DNA of 64,000 bases from positions 1-64,000 of the forward strand of contig JBCCEA010000008.1 in the NCBI GenBank assembly GCA_039030515.1. The letters are read 5' to 3'. The notes beneath the pieces are model-generated. The model was not told the DNA's origin, did no database searches, and was given only the letters and a program-made list of their open reading frames with translations. Every line of letters starts with the position of its first letter. The first letter of the stretch is position 1. Both the position numbers and the translations under genes were made by a program. The DNA comes from Myxococcota bacterium. GTDB lineage: Bacteria; Myxococcota_A; Polyangia; Polyangiales; Houyiibacteriaceae. Of this stretch, positions 61,814-64,000 are shown piece after piece.

Positions 61814-63100
61814 ATGTATCGCCGGGCGGCGTTCTCCAGATGCACAGGCAAAAGCTCCACGATCCTTTACGGAAACCGCGCGCCCGGGCAGACTGCGCCC
61901 GTGGAACGAGAAGGTCAACCACCACGGGAGCGTGAAACGCGAGAGCAGAGCGGAACCCACGAATGCGAAACGGCTTCTTCGACCCTGCGTCTAGGAACGA
62001 CCGATCCGGATCCTGTCGTGCTCCCCTCAGAACGGCCTCCACCGCAAACCGAATCCAAACCGGCAGCCAAGAAGGCCCGATACAGCCCAAGGCAACTCCA
62101 GAGGGAGCCAGCGCAAAAAGACGATGGTGGTGATCGCCTCGATGACCGCTATCGACTCGAATGCGAGGTGGGACAAGGGGACTCGGGTATCGTCTACCGT
62201 GCTCGGCACCTAGAAACCGATCGCCAAGTCGCGGTCAAAGTGCTTCAAACCGCAGAGAGAGCTGGTCCAAATCTCCGGCAGCGATTTCTGCGCGAGGCAC
62301 GGATCGTCGCCGCGATCGATCACCCGAACATCGTCAAAGTCAGCGATTTCGGGATCACCGAAAGCGGGACGATGTATTTTGCAATGGAGTACATCGACGG
62401 GCGACCACTCAGTAAATTGCTCGGCGGCGGAGTGCGCATGGAGCCATCGACCATGATCTCCATCGGGACCCAGATCTGTCGGGGTCTAGACGCGGTGCAT
62501 TGCCAGGGCATCGTGCATCGAGACCTCACCCCGGACAACATCTTGGTCGTCGGTTACGGGAGGAAAATGGAGGTCAAAGTTGTCGACTTCGGGATCGCCA
62601 AGATCGTGAGCGACGTCCGAAAGCTCACCCAAGCAGGTTCGATCTGCGGCACGCCCAGCTACCTCTCGCCGGAGCAAGCCTCGGGCACTGAAGTCGACTC
62701 ACGCTCTGATATCTATTCGCTAGGAACGGTTCTTTATGAGGCCGCAACCGGGATCCCCCCCTTTGTCGCGGAAGGATCGATTACCGAGGTGCTACGACAG
62801 CATCGATTCGAGGCGCCTGTGGCACCGAGTCTCTTGCGAACCGAGGGTCGACCCCTAGGACATCTCGAGGAGGTGATGATGCGTTGCCTCGAAAAAGACC
62901 CGGATCACCGCTATCAGACGATGCGTGAGCTAGAGCAGGCGCTTGAAGGGCATCGCGCCCGTTCCTCAGAACGTGCTGCAGAGAACATGCCCTGGTTCCG
63001 ATTCATCTCCTCACGGAAGGCGCTTTGGGTATTCGGTGCCCTTACCGCACTCGCTCTAACAGTCGCCGGACTGTGGGCGCTCTACAGTACGCTTCGATAG
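61814..63100 (+). CDS. Ser/Thr protein kinase with C-terminal TM helix
   Basis: GQGDSGIVY, VAVK, RFLRE, HRDLTPDN, DFG, GTPSYLSPEQ and SDIYSLG motifs; start uncertain. Confidence 0.92.
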   Translation: MYRRAAFSRCTGKSSTILYGNRAPGQTAPVEREGQPPRERETREQSGTHECETASSTLRLGTTDPDPVVLPSERPPPQTESKPAAKKARYSPRQLQREPAQKDDGGDRLDDRYRLECEVGQGDSGIVYRARHLETDRQVAVKVLQTAERAGPNLRQRFLREARIVAAIDHPNIVKVSDFGITESGTMYFAMEYIDGRPLSKLLGGGVRMEPSTMISIGTQICRGLDAVHCQGIVHRDLTPDNILVVGYGRKMEVKVVDFGIAKIVSDVRKLTQAGSICGTPSYLSPEQASGTEVDSRSDIYSLGTVLYEAATGIPPFVAEGSITEVLRQHRFEAPVAPSLLRTEGRPLGHLEEVMMRCLEKDPDHRYQTMRELEQALEGHRARSSERAAENMPWFRFISSRKALWVFGALTALALTVAGLWALYSTLR

Positions 63101-63145
63101 GCCTGCGTGCTTGTCGACCCCAGGAGGCCGTGATAGCGCCAATAG

Positions 63146-63943
63146 ATGACTAGAGAAGATCTCAGCCCGCAGTATAGGTGTTCAGACTACCTCGGTCTTC
63201 TGTTTCTGGCAGTGCTGTGCTTCGGTTGTGGTGATGCGAGCAGCGACAGCGTGAACCGATGTCGGTACTCAGGAACGGAAGATGCCACTGCATCCTGTCT
63301 CATCGCCACTCAATCTGACGAACACTACGTCTCTCAGGCACTGGCCTACTTCGATACCCTAGACATCGATGCCCCCCGCGAAAGCGTACCCAGCTACCAC
63401 GAGCAGGTGGCGCGTTGGGAGTGGCCCCCCTGGCTCAAGCTTACCGGGTACGGTCGCGACGCGATGAACAACACCGCCGCCGCACTGCGCGTTCTCGATC
63501 CATCGACAGTGCCCGTTCGAGACTGTCGTTTTTTCGAATCACAGCCTTTTGCCCGCTGCTACGTCGAGTTTGAGTACCGGAACGGCCCATGTCCGATCTA
63601 CGAGGAGTTTACCTTCAACGACCAAGGTGAAGTCACCTTCATCGAGGCCTGGTCCGACCTACCCGGGCTCTTACCGCAAGACCGAGATTCGGATCCCTGG
63701 GCGGAAGATCAGGACTATCCGAGAATCGCGAATCTGGTCCCCGGGCTAGGTAATGAAACTGGCACGTCGGACTTGCAAAGCCGAGGCATGGCCGAGCTTA
63801 GCGCGCGATTTCCGGATGTTGCGGACTTTGCACAGCGGGCAGAAAATTGGGAGGTCGCTTGGGTTCGAGAGCTTGGCCAGGTGGACCCAGCCTTCTTCGA
63901 AATTGGATGCGGATGGGAACACGACGGCACCGAGGAGCCGTAG
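63146..63943 (+). CDS. Hypothetical lipoprotein
   Basis: 265 aa; hydrophobic signal with lipobox-like CFGC; several Cys/Trp; no family recognised. Confidence 0.7.
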   Translation: MTREDLSPQYRCSDYLGLLFLAVLCFGCGDASSDSVNRCRYSGTEDATASCLIATQSDEHYVSQALAYFDTLDIDAPRESVPSYHEQVARWEWPPWLKLTGYGRDAMNNTAAALRVLDPSTVPVRDCRFFESQPFARCYVEFEYRNGPCPIYEEFTFNDQGEVTFIEAWSDLPGLLPQDRDSDPWAEDQDYPRIANLVPGLGNETGTSDLQSRGMAELSARFPDVADFAQRAENWEVAWVRELGQVDPAFFEIGCGWEHDGTEEP

Positions 63944-64000
63944 ATGCGCTGTCGTCCCCGAGACAGCTCGGTGGAATCAACTTGACCGAGTTAAGTTCTG

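Overview
GC-rich, gene-dense chromosomal window, most likely from a myxobacterium (Myxococcota, Polyangia-like; inferred from a 2,523-aa TPR protein, a 'DETDVDCGG' Cys-rich repeat protein, a TSP3/VWA lipoprotein and a membrane Ser/Thr kinase). It holds about 45 CDSs, mostly housekeeping (glpK, cstA, three-gene acyl-CoA carboxylase, M17 aminopeptidase, cysS, hisS, yceD, yidD, ribD, topA, sufE, DAHP synthase, hemB). I saw no rRNA, tRNA, CRISPR-cas or intact mobile element. The most unusual observations are: (1) a ~490-bp intergenic array of ~18 copies of a 19-bp hairpin-forming motif (CCGTACCCGGTCAGGTTTG), with same-strand solo copies near 1-150, 27965 and 39267, i.e. a REP-like repeat family that is not CRISPR; (2) a locus coupling a tandem double radical-SAM protein, a flippase-like-TM/Thr-type sulfatase-family fusion and a divergent FG-GAP lipoprotein, suggesting an uncharacterised envelope-modification system; (3) a zinc-economy theme (one-Cys DksA, Zn-ribbon-free TopA, Fur-family regulator divergent from a His-rich ZIP-like/DUF318 permease fusion); (4) a divergent pair of integrin/ECM-like surface proteins around a perfect palindrome. 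All assignments are by motif recognition only; no database searches were run and several start codons are estimates.
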